This document shows, piece by piece, positions 26,589 to 35,991 of a stretch of DNA of 64,000 nt. Source of the DNA: Gemmatimonadota bacterium (GTDB lineage Bacteria; Gemmatimonadota; Gemmatimonadetes; Palauibacterales; Palauibacteraceae); assembly GCA_046758745.1 (NCBI GenBank), contig JBHIAV010000005.1, forward strand, positions 32,001 to 96,000, written 5' to 3'. How positions within the stretch are numbered: the stretch's first letter is position 1; the number at the start of each line of letters is the position of its first letter. A program made the translations under genes and the position numbers. A model generated the notes under the pieces. It saw only the letters and a list, made by a program, of their open reading frames with translations, had not been told where the DNA came from and made no database searches.

Positions 26589-27352
26589 TCGCAGGACGCG
26601 AGGTGTTGGTTGATACGGGTGGCGGCGCAGGCGGCTCCATATCCGTTGTCGATGTTCACCACGGTGAGGCCGGGCGCGCAGGAGGTGAGCATGGTGAGGA
26701 GCGGCGTGAAGCCGCGGAGTGCGGCTCCGTATCCGCGACTGGTGGGCAACGCGATGACCGGCGTCGGAACCATCCCCGCAACCACCGAGGGGAGAGCGCC
26801 GTCCATCCCGGCGGCGACGATGATCACCGCGGCCCGGCGCAGCTCGTCCTGGAGCGTCAGGATGCGATGGAGTCCGGCCACGCCGACGTCCAGCCGCACA
26901 TCGACGGGATTGCCGTACGCCCGCGCGGCCACCCGAGCCTCCTCCGCTATGGGCAGATCGGATGTGCCAGCCGTCAGGATCAGCACGCGGCCGCGCACGT
27001 TGGGCGGGGTATCCTCCTTTGCCGGGAGGTGCGCGATGCGACCGGTTGGCGAGACCTCGATCCCGGGAAACTCACTCCGCAGCGCCCGGAGCTGTGGGTC
27101 TGTCGCCCTCGTCGCGAGAAAGCCCTCGCCCCGCCCGGCGAGTCCCGCGCAGATATCCAGCAGCTGAGCCGTCGTCTTCCCCTCGCACAACACGGCCTCC
27201 GGGTGCCCTAGACGGAGGGCACGGTGATGGTCGAGCTCGGCGAATCCGAGCTTCTCCGTGGGGAAGCCATCGAGCTCGGCCAGCACCTCATCGCACCCGA
27301 TACCACCCGTCGCGAGCCGTTCGAGAAGACGACTCAATCGCTCTCGTCGCAC
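26585..27352 (-). CDS. larB: LarB family (AIR carboxylase-like, nickel-pincer cofactor biosynthesis)
   Basis: DHHRALRLG.PEAV..EGKT, TAGTSDLPIAEEA, DVGVAGLHR, AGMDGALPSV, PTSRGYG, VNIDNGYGAA. Confidence 0.92.
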   Translation of the reverse strand: MRRERLSRLLERLATGGIGCDEVLAELDGFPTEKLGFAELDHHRALRLGHPEAVLCEGKTTAQLLDICAGLAGRGEGFLATRATDPQLRALRSEFPGIEVSPTGRIAHLPAKEDTPPNVRGRVLILTAGTSDLPIAEEARVAARAYGNPVDVRLDVGVAGLHRILTLQDELRRAAVIIVAAGMDGALPSVVAGMVPTPVIALPTSRGYGAALRGFTPLLTMLTSCAPGLTVVNIDNGYGAACAATRINQHLASCD

Positions 27353-27452
27353 TATGCCTCGCCCGTGTCTGTCTGGTCGCCCGGTCCGTCGGCGGAGCGC
27401 CTCCGCCGGTTGGGTGCAAGGTGGGATCCGCCGGCGTGCTACGCCAGCCCTT

Positions 27453-27482
27453 TTGACACGTTTTCGCGGCCCTGGATATACT
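27453..27482 (+). promoter_or_regulatory. Near-consensus sigma70 promoter for the PTS IIA gene
   Basis: TTGACA-18 nt-TATACT. Confidence 0.65.
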
Positions 27483-27600
27483 GCGTGCGAGTCTCTTCCC
27501 GGAGGTGGCCGGGGCGACTCCCGGGGCGGCCCGGGAGCGAAACGATCATGCACATCCGTGGGGGTCGACCCGATCCCCTTGTCATAAGGAGATGGCTGAC

Positions 27601-28053
27601 ATGCAGCTGCGGGATTTCTTCTCCGAGAATGCGATCAATCTGGACCTCAAGGCGCAGACCAAAGACGGCGTCCTCAAGGAGCTCGTACGCCTGTTCGATC
27701 TGGACGAGAAGTCCGAGGGTATCCTCTTCAAGATGCTCAAGCGGCGTGAGAACCTCGGTTCGACGGGAATCGGGAAAGGGATCGCCATCCCCCATTGTCG
27801 ATCGCTGGTCGTCAACAGGCTGCGCGTCGCCTTCGGACGTCACAGCGCCGGGATCGACTTCAAGGCGATCGACAAGAAACCGGTCCACCACATCTTCCTG
27901 ATCGTCGCCCCTCCGCTCGAAGTCTCCAACCAGTATCTGCCCGTGCTCGGGAAGATCGCCCAGTTCGGCAAGGAGTCCGACATTCCGGAGCGCCTGACGC
28001 GGATTGACAAGCCCTCGCAGTTTCTGGAGCTGCTTCAGGAGAAGGGGGTCTGA
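27601..28053 (+). CDS. PTS IIA (fructose/mannitol/Ntr family, PtsN-like)
   Basis: RRENLGSTGIGKGIAIPHCR with the phospho-His; RBS AAGGAG. Confidence 0.92.
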   Translation: MQLRDFFSENAINLDLKAQTKDGVLKELVRLFDLDEKSEGILFKMLKRRENLGSTGIGKGIAIPHCRSLVVNRLRVAFGRHSAGIDFKAIDKKPVHHIFLIVAPPLEVSNQYLPVLGKIAQFGKESDIPERLTRIDKPSQFLELLQEKGV

Positions 28054-28057
28054 CCGC

Positions 28058-28414
28058 ATGCACCCGCAGCTCGAGATCCTGCTCGAGATGCAGGACCTCC
28101 ACAGCCAGAGGCGGGCGTTGCTCGAAGAGCCGACGCGGGAGGTCGAATCGTCCTTCTTCGACCTGGAGATCGACGAGGCCGTACGGATCCTCGATAAGAA
28201 GATCGAGGAGCTGATCGGACGGCTCGAGCCCACCGTGCAAGCCCGATACCGGACGATCGCCGGCTCACTGGGCCGCGCCGTAGTGCCGGTGGTGAACGGG
28301 ATCTGTTACGGCTGCTTCGTGGCCGTACCCACGGCGTGGGCCTCGGAGGCGAGCCGCAACGACCGGGTGCGCGTGTGCGACCAGTGCGGTCGTTTCCTGT
28401 ATCACGTCGACTGA
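28058..28414 (+). CDS. C4-type zinc-ribbon domain protein (short DUF164-like)
   Basis: AVVPV.NGICYGC...CDQCGRFLY. Confidence 0.8.
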   Translation: MHPQLEILLEMQDLHSQRRALLEEPTREVESSFFDLEIDEAVRILDKKIEELIGRLEPTVQARYRTIAGSLGRAVVPVVNGICYGCFVAVPTAWASEASRNDRVRVCDQCGRFLYHVD

Positions 28415-28500
28415 TCCACCCCACCGCCGAGCCGCGCAGATCGTGAGCTCGTTCCTCTCGGAGGAGAAACGGACCCCGCTCTCCGCCAATGCACCGGCCG

Positions 28501-28944
28501 TCATCGGGAGGCGAGGAGCTTCCTGACCTCACTCTCTCCGTTGACCAGCAGCTGCACGAAGTAGGGCCCCGACGCGACCCTCCGGCCGGAACGGTCCCGA
28601 CCGTCCCATAAGGCGAGATACCGGCCGGGTCGTGGATACGAGAGGGAGTCGATGGGCTCGCCGCGGCCCGCCGGGTGGTCGAGGGCCGTCGGGATCGCCA
28701 CCAGCTGGTGGAGGAGGCTGAAGATGCGCATCGAGACGGTGACCTCTCCTCCCGACGCGAAGGCGGAATCCCCCAGAACGAAGGGGATGCGGGCGGTCGA
28801 CCGGAACGGGTTCGGATACGGGACCCCCAGCGCAAACGGCGGCGCGGCGGTCGCCCGAGGGTCGGACGAGACCTCCTGCGCGTGCGCGGACCCGGCTTGC
28901 ACGCCGCCGAGGAGCAGCAGAAGCGCGGCGGCGGCCGCTCTCAT
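28501..28944 (-). CDS. Small secreted protein with FlgD-Ig/secretion-tail-like domain
   Basis: Signal peptide ending AHA-Q; PYPNPF...WDGRDRSGRRVASGPYFVQL. Confidence 0.7.
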   Translation of the reverse strand: MRAAAAALLLLLGGVQAGSAHAQEVSSDPRATAAPPFALGVPYPNPFRSTARIPFVLGDSAFASGGEVTVSMRIFSLLHQLVAIPTALDHPAGRGEPIDSLSYPRPGRYLALWDGRDRSGRRVASGPYFVQLLVNGESEVRKLLASR

Positions 28945-30827
28945 CGCTCGACGAGCTCCCTTCCCTCGCCTACGCGTCTCGTAACTCCCGTCCTATCCAA
29001 GAATTCCATAAGAGGGATCAAGTACTTTCGCGATACGCCGAACGCCTCTTTGAAGTCCCCCGGCGCCGCGGTACCCCGCTCCCCGAGGAGGCGGCGGGCT
29101 CGAAGTCGGGCGTTCTCGGCCTCCTCCGCGGCGAGGAAGATCTCCGGCGTCAGCGCCACGATCTCCTCCCGCTCGAGGAGGAGGCGAAGGAGGTCGTTGA
29201 GCAGCGGACGGTCCAGACCCAGCCTCGCCGCGATCTCATCGACGGTCGGTGGCGCCAGTCCTCCCTCGCCCACCGCGCGCGCCACCTCGGCCAGCGCCCG
29301 CTCTTCGGCGGCCGTCAGCTCGGCGCCGTGGCCGGGAAGCCGGGCGCTCGGGCCGTCGACCAGGATCTTCCGCTCGTCTACGAGCTCGTCGAGGGCGCGC
29401 TCCAGCAGTGCGGGTGCGAAACGACCGGCGGCGGCGGAGCGCAACCCCTCCAGGGATACGGACGGCGCCCTGCGGTTCGCGGCGTGCGCTCTCCGCACAG
29501 CGTCGAGGAGTGCGGACCGAGCGCCGGAGAGGATTTCCCGCGAGAACCACCGCCTGCCGATCCGGACCGCGTCTACGCGTCGCGCGTCGGGCCGGGCGAG
29601 CCGGTCGGCGGGAAGGCCCGTGACGATCGGGAGCCTCTCGTCGGCCAGCCCCTGGCCGGCGGCGAGGCGAACCGCGGCGACGATCGCCTCCTCGGCGGTA
29701 CCGTCGAGGCAACGCTCCCATGCCCCGACCCGCTCACGCCAGCCTCTCGGCGGATCGAGCGCAGAGATGCGCCCGCCCCCGATCGTGGTGACGGGCGAGT
29801 AGAAGCGGATGACGAAGCGGTCGCGGCCGCGCGCCACCACCGGCGTCTCGAGCGCGAGGACCGCCCATCCACGCTGGCCGGGCTCGAGCCGGTCCCTGTT
29901 GGCGAGCACCACCCTGCTCATGACCTCGCTGGTGCCCAGATACAGGCGAACGCGCTGACCATGCTCCACGTGGCGCGGAGCGTGCGCGAGGACCTCCAGC
30001 CACACGCCGACGCGCCGGGACGGCCTCCAAGCGCCCTCCGAGACGATCACGCTCCCCCGCTTCGCCTCGTCGGCCTGGACCCCGACGAGGGCGAGGGCTG
30101 CCCGCCGTCCGGCGGCGACGCGCGGGCGCGTCCGTCCGTGCACTTCCACGGAGCGCACCCTCACCCTCTTCCCGCCCGGAAAGAGGCGAACCCTATCCCC
30201 GCTCGCCACCTCCCCACTCCACACGGTCCCGGTCACCACGGTACCCACACCACGGATGGTGAAAGAGCGATCGACGGGCATGCGGAACAGGTCCCTTCCC
30301 TCCTTCCCGCGCGCATGCGCCGCCTGCCGAAAGATCTCGGCGCGGAGCTCATCCACACCGGCTCGGGTAGCCGCCGAGACGGGCACCACCGGCCAGCGGG
30401 TGTGACCGAGGACGGCCCGAAGCTCTTCGGCCACCGCCTGTCGGGCCAGTTCGAGAAGCTCCGAGTCCGTCCGATCGACCTTGTTCAGGGCGACGATTCC
30501 GTGCTCCACTCCCAGGAGCCTGGCTATCGCCAGGTGCTCGCGGGTTTGCGGCATCGGCCCCTCCTCGGCCGCCACCACCAGGAGGAGGAGGTCGATGCCG
30601 GTGGAGCCCGCCAGCATGTTCTTGACGAAGTCCTCATGGCCGGGGACGTCGATCACTCCCACCTCGACCCCTTCCTCCGCTCCGAGTCGGGCGAAGCCGA
30701 TGTCGATCGTCAGTCCGCGCTCCTTCTCCTCCTTCCAGCGGTCGGTGTCGACGCCTGTCAGGGCGCGAACGAGCGCCGTCTTCCCATGGTCGACATGTCC
30801 GGCCGTGCCCACCACCACCCCTTTCAT
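28941..30827 (-). CDS. selB: Selenocysteine-specific elongation factor SelB
   Basis: GTAGHVDHGKT, EEKERGLTIDIGF, DVPGHEDFVKNMLAG; C-terminal winged helix SRKYLIPLMEFLD. Confidence 0.96.
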   Translation of the reverse strand: MKGVVVGTAGHVDHGKTALVRALTGVDTDRWKEEKERGLTIDIGFARLGAEEGVEVGVIDVPGHEDFVKNMLAGSTGIDLLLLVVAAEEGPMPQTREHLAIARLLGVEHGIVALNKVDRTDSELLELARQAVAEELRAVLGHTRWPVVPVSAATRAGVDELRAEIFRQAAHARGKEGRDLFRMPVDRSFTIRGVGTVVTGTVWSGEVASGDRVRLFPGGKRVRVRSVEVHGRTRPRVAAGRRAALALVGVQADEAKRGSVIVSEGAWRPSRRVGVWLEVLAHAPRHVEHGQRVRLYLGTSEVMSRVVLANRDRLEPGQRGWAVLALETPVVARGRDRFVIRFYSPVTTIGGGRISALDPPRGWRERVGAWERCLDGTAEEAIVAAVRLAAGQGLADERLPIVTGLPADRLARPDARRVDAVRIGRRWFSREILSGARSALLDAVRRAHAANRRAPSVSLEGLRSAAAGRFAPALLERALDELVDERKILVDGPSARLPGHGAELTAAEERALAEVARAVGEGGLAPPTVDEIAARLGLDRPLLNDLLRLLLEREEIVALTPEIFLAAEEAENARLRARRLLGERGTAAPGDFKEAFGVSRKYLIPLMEFLDRTGVTRRVGEGRELVER

Positions 30828-31561
30828 CGGACCCGCCCGAGTCCGAGGAAGTCGAGCGAGCGGAGACGCACCCCCTCGGCCAGGTGATGCCGGATGAAAT
30901 CGGCCACGAGAGTCACCTGTCGGTCGGTGACATCCCCCGCGCCGTCCCCCCCCCCCGCCAGCGCGCGCAGCTTCGTGAGCTCCGCCCCGCTCAGGAGCGC
31001 CCCCACTTGCGAACAGCTTTCGCAGCGTACACCTCCCGAGGCGCAATCGAATCTGCCCGGCTCACCGGAGGCGATCGGCCGGCCGCACTCGAGGCAGAGA
31101 TCCAGGGCCGGGGCGAAGCCCAGCACCGCGACGAGCCGCCAGATCCGTCCGAGAGCGACCGACGGCACGACTGGCACCGAAGCCGCCAGGAGGGCATCGA
31201 GCCCGCCGGTAAGCGCCTCGTACAGTCGCTGATCCGCCTGCTCGGGGGCGAGGCGAAGGACGAGCTCGCAAAGGACCGAGGCGCCGGAGAAGCGATCGAG
31301 GTCCGAACCCAGCTCCTGCCGGGCGTGCAGGAGCTCGAAATCGGAGAGGGTGTGGAGGTCGCGGTTCGACTTCAGATAGAGGGTGGCGCGGCCTTCCGCG
31401 AACGGCTCGAGGAGCCCTGCGAGGCGACTCCGCGGCCGAAGAGCTCCCCGGGCGATCGCCGAACGCGGTCCATGCTCCCGCGTCATGAGGCGAAGGATCT
31501 TGCTCGTGTCGCTGTACCGGAACGTCTGCAACACGACGCAGCGGGTCGTTACGATCGGCAC
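30824..31561 (-). CDS. recO: DNA repair protein RecO
   Basis: YSDTSKILRLMTREHG..ARGA, LEPF, CLECG..C..C zinc finger. Confidence 0.92.
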   Translation of the reverse strand: MPIVTTRCVVLQTFRYSDTSKILRLMTREHGPRSAIARGALRPRSRLAGLLEPFAEGRATLYLKSNRDLHTLSDFELLHARQELGSDLDRFSGASVLCELVLRLAPEQADQRLYEALTGGLDALLAASVPVVPSVALGRIWRLVAVLGFAPALDLCLECGRPIASGEPGRFDCASGGVRCESCSQVGALLSGAELTKLRALAGGGDGAGDVTDRQVTLVADFIRHHLAEGVRLRSLDFLGLGRVR

Positions 31562-31718
31562 GAGCGCAAGTTACGCGCGTCATGATGGGCGAGCAACGAG
31601 TCATCGGTCGCCCCGGTTCGGGATCGAGGGGGTGCGCCCGCCGCGGGGGGATCATGACCGAGGGCGGCCGCGTCGCTCTGCACGGGGCCGCCAGGGCCCG
31701 GGGGGGCCGCGTGCGACC

Positions 31719-32519
31719 CTATTCGCCCGATCCCCGCGATGCGGCGGAGAGGGGCACCACCTGCCGTCCGAGCGCACCGAGGTTCAGCACCCGCACCGGC
31801 CAGCCGAAGGCCGATTCCAGGCGCTCCGGCACCAGCACGTCGGATGGCCGTCCCAACGCTTCGACCCGCCCCCCCACGAGAAGCACCAGGTGGTCCGCGT
31901 ACCGAGCCGCGAGGTTGAGATTGTGGGTGATGGAGATCACGTCTAGTCCCTTCTCTCGAACGAGGTCCGACACGAGCTCGAAGAACTCCATCTCATGCCC
32001 GAGATCCAGGTGCGCGGTGGGCTCGTCGAGAACCAGGTGGCGGGGCGACTGGGCGAGTGCCCGGGCGAGCCGCGCGCGCTGCATCTCGCCCGCAGAGAGC
32101 CGCGACACGTCGCGCCACACGAGCTCCGCCAACCCCGTTCGCTCGATCGCTTCCCACACGATCTGCCGATCCTCGCGGGCCAGGCCCGCCCATGCCCGGA
32201 GGTAGGGGTGGCGTCCCATCTCGACGTACTCCCACACGGCGAGCGGAAAGTGAACCGGCTCCTCCTGCGTTACGACGCCGACGCACCGGGCGAGCTCCCG
32301 CCTGGGCCAGGAGCTGCTCGGGCGGCCCCTGAACAGGGCCTCGCCGTGCTCGGGCTCCAGAATACCGAGCAACAGCCGGAGGAGCGTGCTCTTCCCCGCC
32401 CCGTTTGGACCCACGATGATGGTGTGCATCCGCGCCGGACATTCGAGGCTCACCTCGGCCACCGCCGGCATGCTCGCCCCCGGGTAGCGATATGACACGC
32501 GGGAGAGCTCGAAGCTCAC
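31719..32519 (-). CDS. Cobalamin/iron-siderophore ABC transporter ATPase (BtuD/FecE-like)
   Basis: GPNGAGKST, LSAGEMQR, DEPTAHLD, THNLNLAARYAD. Confidence 0.9.
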   Translation of the reverse strand: MSFELSRVSYRYPGASMPAVAEVSLECPARMHTIIVGPNGAGKSTLLRLLLGILEPEHGEALFRGRPSSSWPRRELARCVGVVTQEEPVHFPLAVWEYVEMGRHPYLRAWAGLAREDRQIVWEAIERTGLAELVWRDVSRLSAGEMQRARLARALAQSPRHLVLDEPTAHLDLGHEMEFFELVSDLVREKGLDVISITHNLNLAARYADHLVLLVGGRVEALGRPSDVLVPERLESAFGWPVRVLNLGALGRQVVPLSAASRGSGE

Positions 32520-33502
32520 CGGACGTAGCGCCGCCGGAGGAGCACGAGGAAGAAAGGAACGCCCACGAATGCCATCACCACCCCCACGGGAATCTCCAGC
32601 GGCGCGGCGGCTGTGCGCGCGGCCGAGTCCGCCGCCACGAGCACCGCTCCGCCCCCCAGGAAGCTGAGTGGGATCAGCCGCCGGTGGTCTGCCCCCCACA
32701 GCATGCGGACGGCGTGCGGGACGACGAGCCCGACGAAGCCGATCACGCCGGCAACGCTCACCGCAATGGCCGCGAGGAACGATGCCAGGAGATAGGCGAG
32801 CCGCTTGACGCGCTCGACTTCGGTCCCCAGGTGCGCGGCGGTCTCCTCCCCGAGGGCCAGCGCGTTCAGGTGCCGCCCAAGCGCGACGGACGCCACGACG
32901 GCCGGAAGGGCGTAGGCGGCGACGATGGCCGTCATGCGCCAGGACGCCTGTCCGAGGCTTCCCATCGTCCAGAATATCGCCGATTGAAGGGCCCGCGCCG
33001 ACGCCAAGGTGAAGAGCAGCATCACGCAAGCGGTGAAGAACGCGCCGGCTACGACACCGGCCAGGAGCAGAATGCGGGTGTCGAGCCGACCCACGGACGA
33101 CGCGACGCGGAAGACCAACGCGATCGCGAGGACGGCGCCCGCGAACGCAGCCAGCGGAAGGCTCACCGCGCCGAGCGCCGACATCCCGACCGTGATCGCC
33201 GCGACGGCGCCCAGGGCCGCACCCGATTGGACGCCGAGCAGGTAGGGCTCCGCCAGTGGGTTTCTCAGCAGCGCCTGGAAGAGCGCACCGGAGACGGCGA
33301 GGCTCGCTCCCGTGAGGATGCCGGCCGTCACGCGCGGGAGCCGCACCGCCAGGAGGATGGTGCGGGCCGGAGTCTCCTCGCCGCTGACGACGGCGCGCCA
33401 CAGCTCCGCCGGGGTGAGCGAGGCCGGGCCCAGAAGGAGCCCGGTCATCGCGCTCGCCACAAGAAGCGCGCCCGCGATGGCGAATGGGATGACCCGCCTC
33501 AC
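32516..33502 (-). CDS. Cobalamin/iron ABC permease (BtuC/FecCD family)
   Basis: RLPR, QALLRNPLAEPYLLG, ALGEETAAHLG, IGFVGLVVPH. Confidence 0.92.
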   Translation of the reverse strand: MRRVIPFAIAGALLVASAMTGLLLGPASLTPAELWRAVVSGEETPARTILLAVRLPRVTAGILTGASLAVSGALFQALLRNPLAEPYLLGVQSGAALGAVAAITVGMSALGAVSLPLAAFAGAVLAIALVFRVASSVGRLDTRILLLAGVVAGAFFTACVMLLFTLASARALQSAIFWTMGSLGQASWRMTAIVAAYALPAVVASVALGRHLNALALGEETAAHLGTEVERVKRLAYLLASFLAAIAVSVAGVIGFVGLVVPHAVRMLWGADHRRLIPLSFLGGGAVLVAADSAARTAAAPLEIPVGVVMAFVGVPFFLVLLRRRYVR

Positions 33503-34512
33503 GGCGCGTCCGACCGCACGGCCATCGGTCCCTCCAAGGGGCGACCGGCGCTTCCCCGACCTCCTCCACGTGCCGGGGGGGCACCGTCCGGCGGGCCGAC
33601 AACGCCCACCTCCGGATGTATGGCCACGGCGAGGATCGCGGCGGCTTGCCCGATGCGGGGTCCCAACCGGTGCACGATGTCCGCATCGACGGTGCGCACA
33701 GAACCCTCCCGAACGGCACGAACGGCGTTCCACCCCGGCCTCTTCGTCGGGGGTGTCTGCCGACCGGCTGGTTCCGCGGTCAACGGATACAGGATGACCT
33801 CAGGGTCGCGCTCCGCGATCGCCTCGAGGCTCACCTGAGGGGACGGCGAGGCAAGATCGCTGAAGATGTTCCGCCCGCCCACGATCGCGATGAGGGAATC
33901 CAGATAGCTGCCAGCGCCGATCGTGATCGCGGGAGGATACCAGATATCGTAGTAGACGGATCGTGGCGGCAGATGCCGCGTCAGCTCCTTCACCCTGCGG
34001 AGCTCTCGCCGCACCCCCGTCAACAAGGCCTCGGCCGCCTCGGTCCGGCCGGTTAGGAGGCCGAGGCGCCCGACGGTACGCTCGAAGTCCGGTAGCGTGT
34101 TGAGAGCGACGGCCAGGGAGGGGATCCCCAGACGCTCGAACTCCCGCACGGCCGGCACGTTGTCCGAGCCGGCGAACAGGATCACGACGTCGGGACGGTG
34201 AGCCAGCACCAGCTCGGTCGAAGGACGAACGGCGTCGCCGAGATTGGGGAGGTTCAGCACCTCCGGCGGATAGTCGTCCCACCGGGACCGGCCGGCCACG
34301 CTCTCCCCCGCGCCAATCGCGAAAAGGACCTCCGTGACGGCGGGGATAAGGGAGACGATGCGATCCGGAGGCCGGGCAAAAACCAGGGTACGCCCGAGGT
34401 CATCGGTGACCCATGTGGTGTCGCCGCGACGGGCGTGAACCGTTCCGTCCGTGGCTCCCGCCACCGACACGAAGGCGGCCAGGGCGTACAGAGCGCCGGC
34501 GACTTCCAACAA
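33499..34512 (-). CDS. Cobalamin-binding periplasmic protein (BtuF-like)
   Basis: DDLGR..PDRIVSLIPAVTEVLFAIGAG, DYPPE, RLGPRI; RBS AAGGAGG before TTG 34512; lies downstream of a B12 riboswitch. Confidence 0.85.
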   Translation of the reverse strand: MLEVAGALYALAAFVSVAGATDGTVHARRGDTTWVTDDLGRTLVFARPPDRIVSLIPAVTEVLFAIGAGESVAGRSRWDDYPPEVLNLPNLGDAVRPSTELVLAHRPDVVILFAGSDNVPAVREFERLGIPSLAVALNTLPDFERTVGRLGLLTGRTEAAEALLTGVRRELRRVKELTRHLPPRSVYYDIWYPPAITIGAGSYLDSLIAIVGGRNIFSDLASPSPQVSLEAIAERDPEVILYPLTAEPAGRQTPPTKRPGWNAVRAVREGSVRTVDADIVHRLGPRIGQAAAILAVAIHPEVGVVGPPDGAPPARGGGRGSAGRPLEGPMAVRSDAP

Positions 34513-34597
34513 GATCCCCTCCTTCCGCGGGAGGGGAACGGGTACCCCGGGGCGCCTGTCCGCCCACACCCTTCCCGCGAAGAGCTCGAGTGGGCGG

Positions 34598-34755
34598 GGA
34601 CGGGACACGTCTCCTGGCTCGAGGCCTCGCCGTGCCTTCCCGGAGCGCCTCCAGTGGCGTGTTACGGCGAGAGCGGCTCCTGGCCGCGGTGCCTCTCACA
34701 GTGGCGGGGCCGCGCCGGCTTCACACCGGCTTCCGTATGCCCCATCCCCGATCCG
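34598..34755 (-). promoter_or_regulatory. Cobalamin (B12) riboswitch
   Basis: Minus strand GGAAGCCGGTGTGAAGCCGGCGCGGCCCCGCCACTGT...GCCACTGG...GGGAAGGC...GAGCCAGGAGAC (B12 box). Boundaries approximate. Confidence 0.92.
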
Positions 34756-34911
34756 TGCCGGGCGGCGCAGGTCATCACCTTCGCACCCACGGGGTGCGGA
34801 CGACTGTCGCCGGCCGTGGCCGGAACGCCGCCCGGCGGTCTCGACCTACACTAGCCGGCGGATCGATGGCGGGGCAAGCGGGGCGCCGGGCGGGGTGGAG
34901 ACCGGTCGGCT

Positions 34912-35991
34912 CTACCGGCAGCCGCTGCGACGCATAGCGAAGACGGCGGCCGCCAGAAGAGTGATGCCGGCGGCCAGCCATGCCCACGCGGCGGCGTTCG
35001 GACCGGCGGCGGACCAACTGACGGCCACGCGCGACCCCGCATCGAGCTCCCTGCCGGTGAAGCGAAGGTAGACACGGCCCTCGACCTCGGTGGTCTCCCG
35101 CGCCTCCGCCCCTTCCACCCGAGGCTCCGAGGCGGTACGAGCGATCAGCAGCTCGAGCCTGCGGGTCCGGTGATCGACCGGTAGCTCCAGAGCGCCGTCC
35201 GGCACCATGTAGCGAAGCGTCACCCTCCGCCCGGTCGGCCGCAGCGGGCCCGCGAGGATCACCCTCCCGTCGACGAACCGGATCTCACCGGTGGCAGGGC
35301 CGCTGGGGACGACCACCTTGTCCGTCGCGCCGCGTGGGAATCGGGCCGTCCATACGGCCTGGCCGGGGGCCGCGGCCACCAGCGTTCGACCGGACGTTCC
35401 CTCGAGGTCGAAGACATCCATCACCTCGAGGGCAGGGCTCCCGGGCTCGAGCGGCGAGAGGATCGTGTGGCGCACGGAGACGGTGACGTCCCCGGGCGCG
35501 CCGGACACGATCGCCGTGTCGTAGACCAGGACCCGGTAGGGGCGGGGTGGATCCTCTCCTCCGTGCAGGGGCGGCCCGAAGTACAGAACGCCCTGGTGGC
35601 GGGCGGCGGTGAGGTACACCGCCGTGCTGCCGGGAGGCTCGCGCAGGAGGAAGCGGAACGACCCGTCGCGAGCGGAGACGACCGAGTCCACGAGGGCGCC
35701 GGAGTCGGCCGTGACCCGGTGCAGTTCCACCCACGCCCCAGAGACGCCGCGTGAGTCCACCCCCCGCACGACCACGCCCCTGAGCTCTCTCGCCGCGTCC
35801 TGGGCCGGCCGGGTGACCCGGGACTCCACCACGGCCTCGGCCGGAGCGGCCGCGTGAGGACTCTCCGCGACGGCCAGGGGCGCAGGCGGGAGCAGGAGAG
35901 AACAAGATAACAGCGAGGCGGTGACCGGGCGCCGGACGACGGCCGTGCCTTCCACAAGCGCACGACCGGCCGCCGGAACGGCTTCGCTCAC
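34912..35991 (-). CDS. Hypothetical exported protein with prealbumin/carboxypeptidase-regulatory-like N-domain and C-terminal TM anchor
   Basis: Signal-like segment, LRGVVV..VELHRV..S.RDGSFRF, C-terminal hydrophobic helix plus RR. Confidence 0.6.
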   Translation of the reverse strand: MSEAVPAAGRALVEGTAVVRRPVTASLLSCSLLLPPAPLAVAESPHAAAPAEAVVESRVTRPAQDAARELRGVVVRGVDSRGVSGAWVELHRVTADSGALVDSVVSARDGSFRFLLREPPGSTAVYLTAARHQGVLYFGPPLHGGEDPPRPYRVLVYDTAIVSGAPGDVTVSVRHTILSPLEPGSPALEVMDVFDLEGTSGRTLVAAAPGQAVWTARFPRGATDKVVVPSGPATGEIRFVDGRVILAGPLRPTGRRVTLRYMVPDGALELPVDHRTRRLELLIARTASEPRVEGAEARETTEVEGRVYLRFTGRELDAGSRVAVSWSAAGPNAAAWAWLAAGITLLAAAVFAMRRSGCR

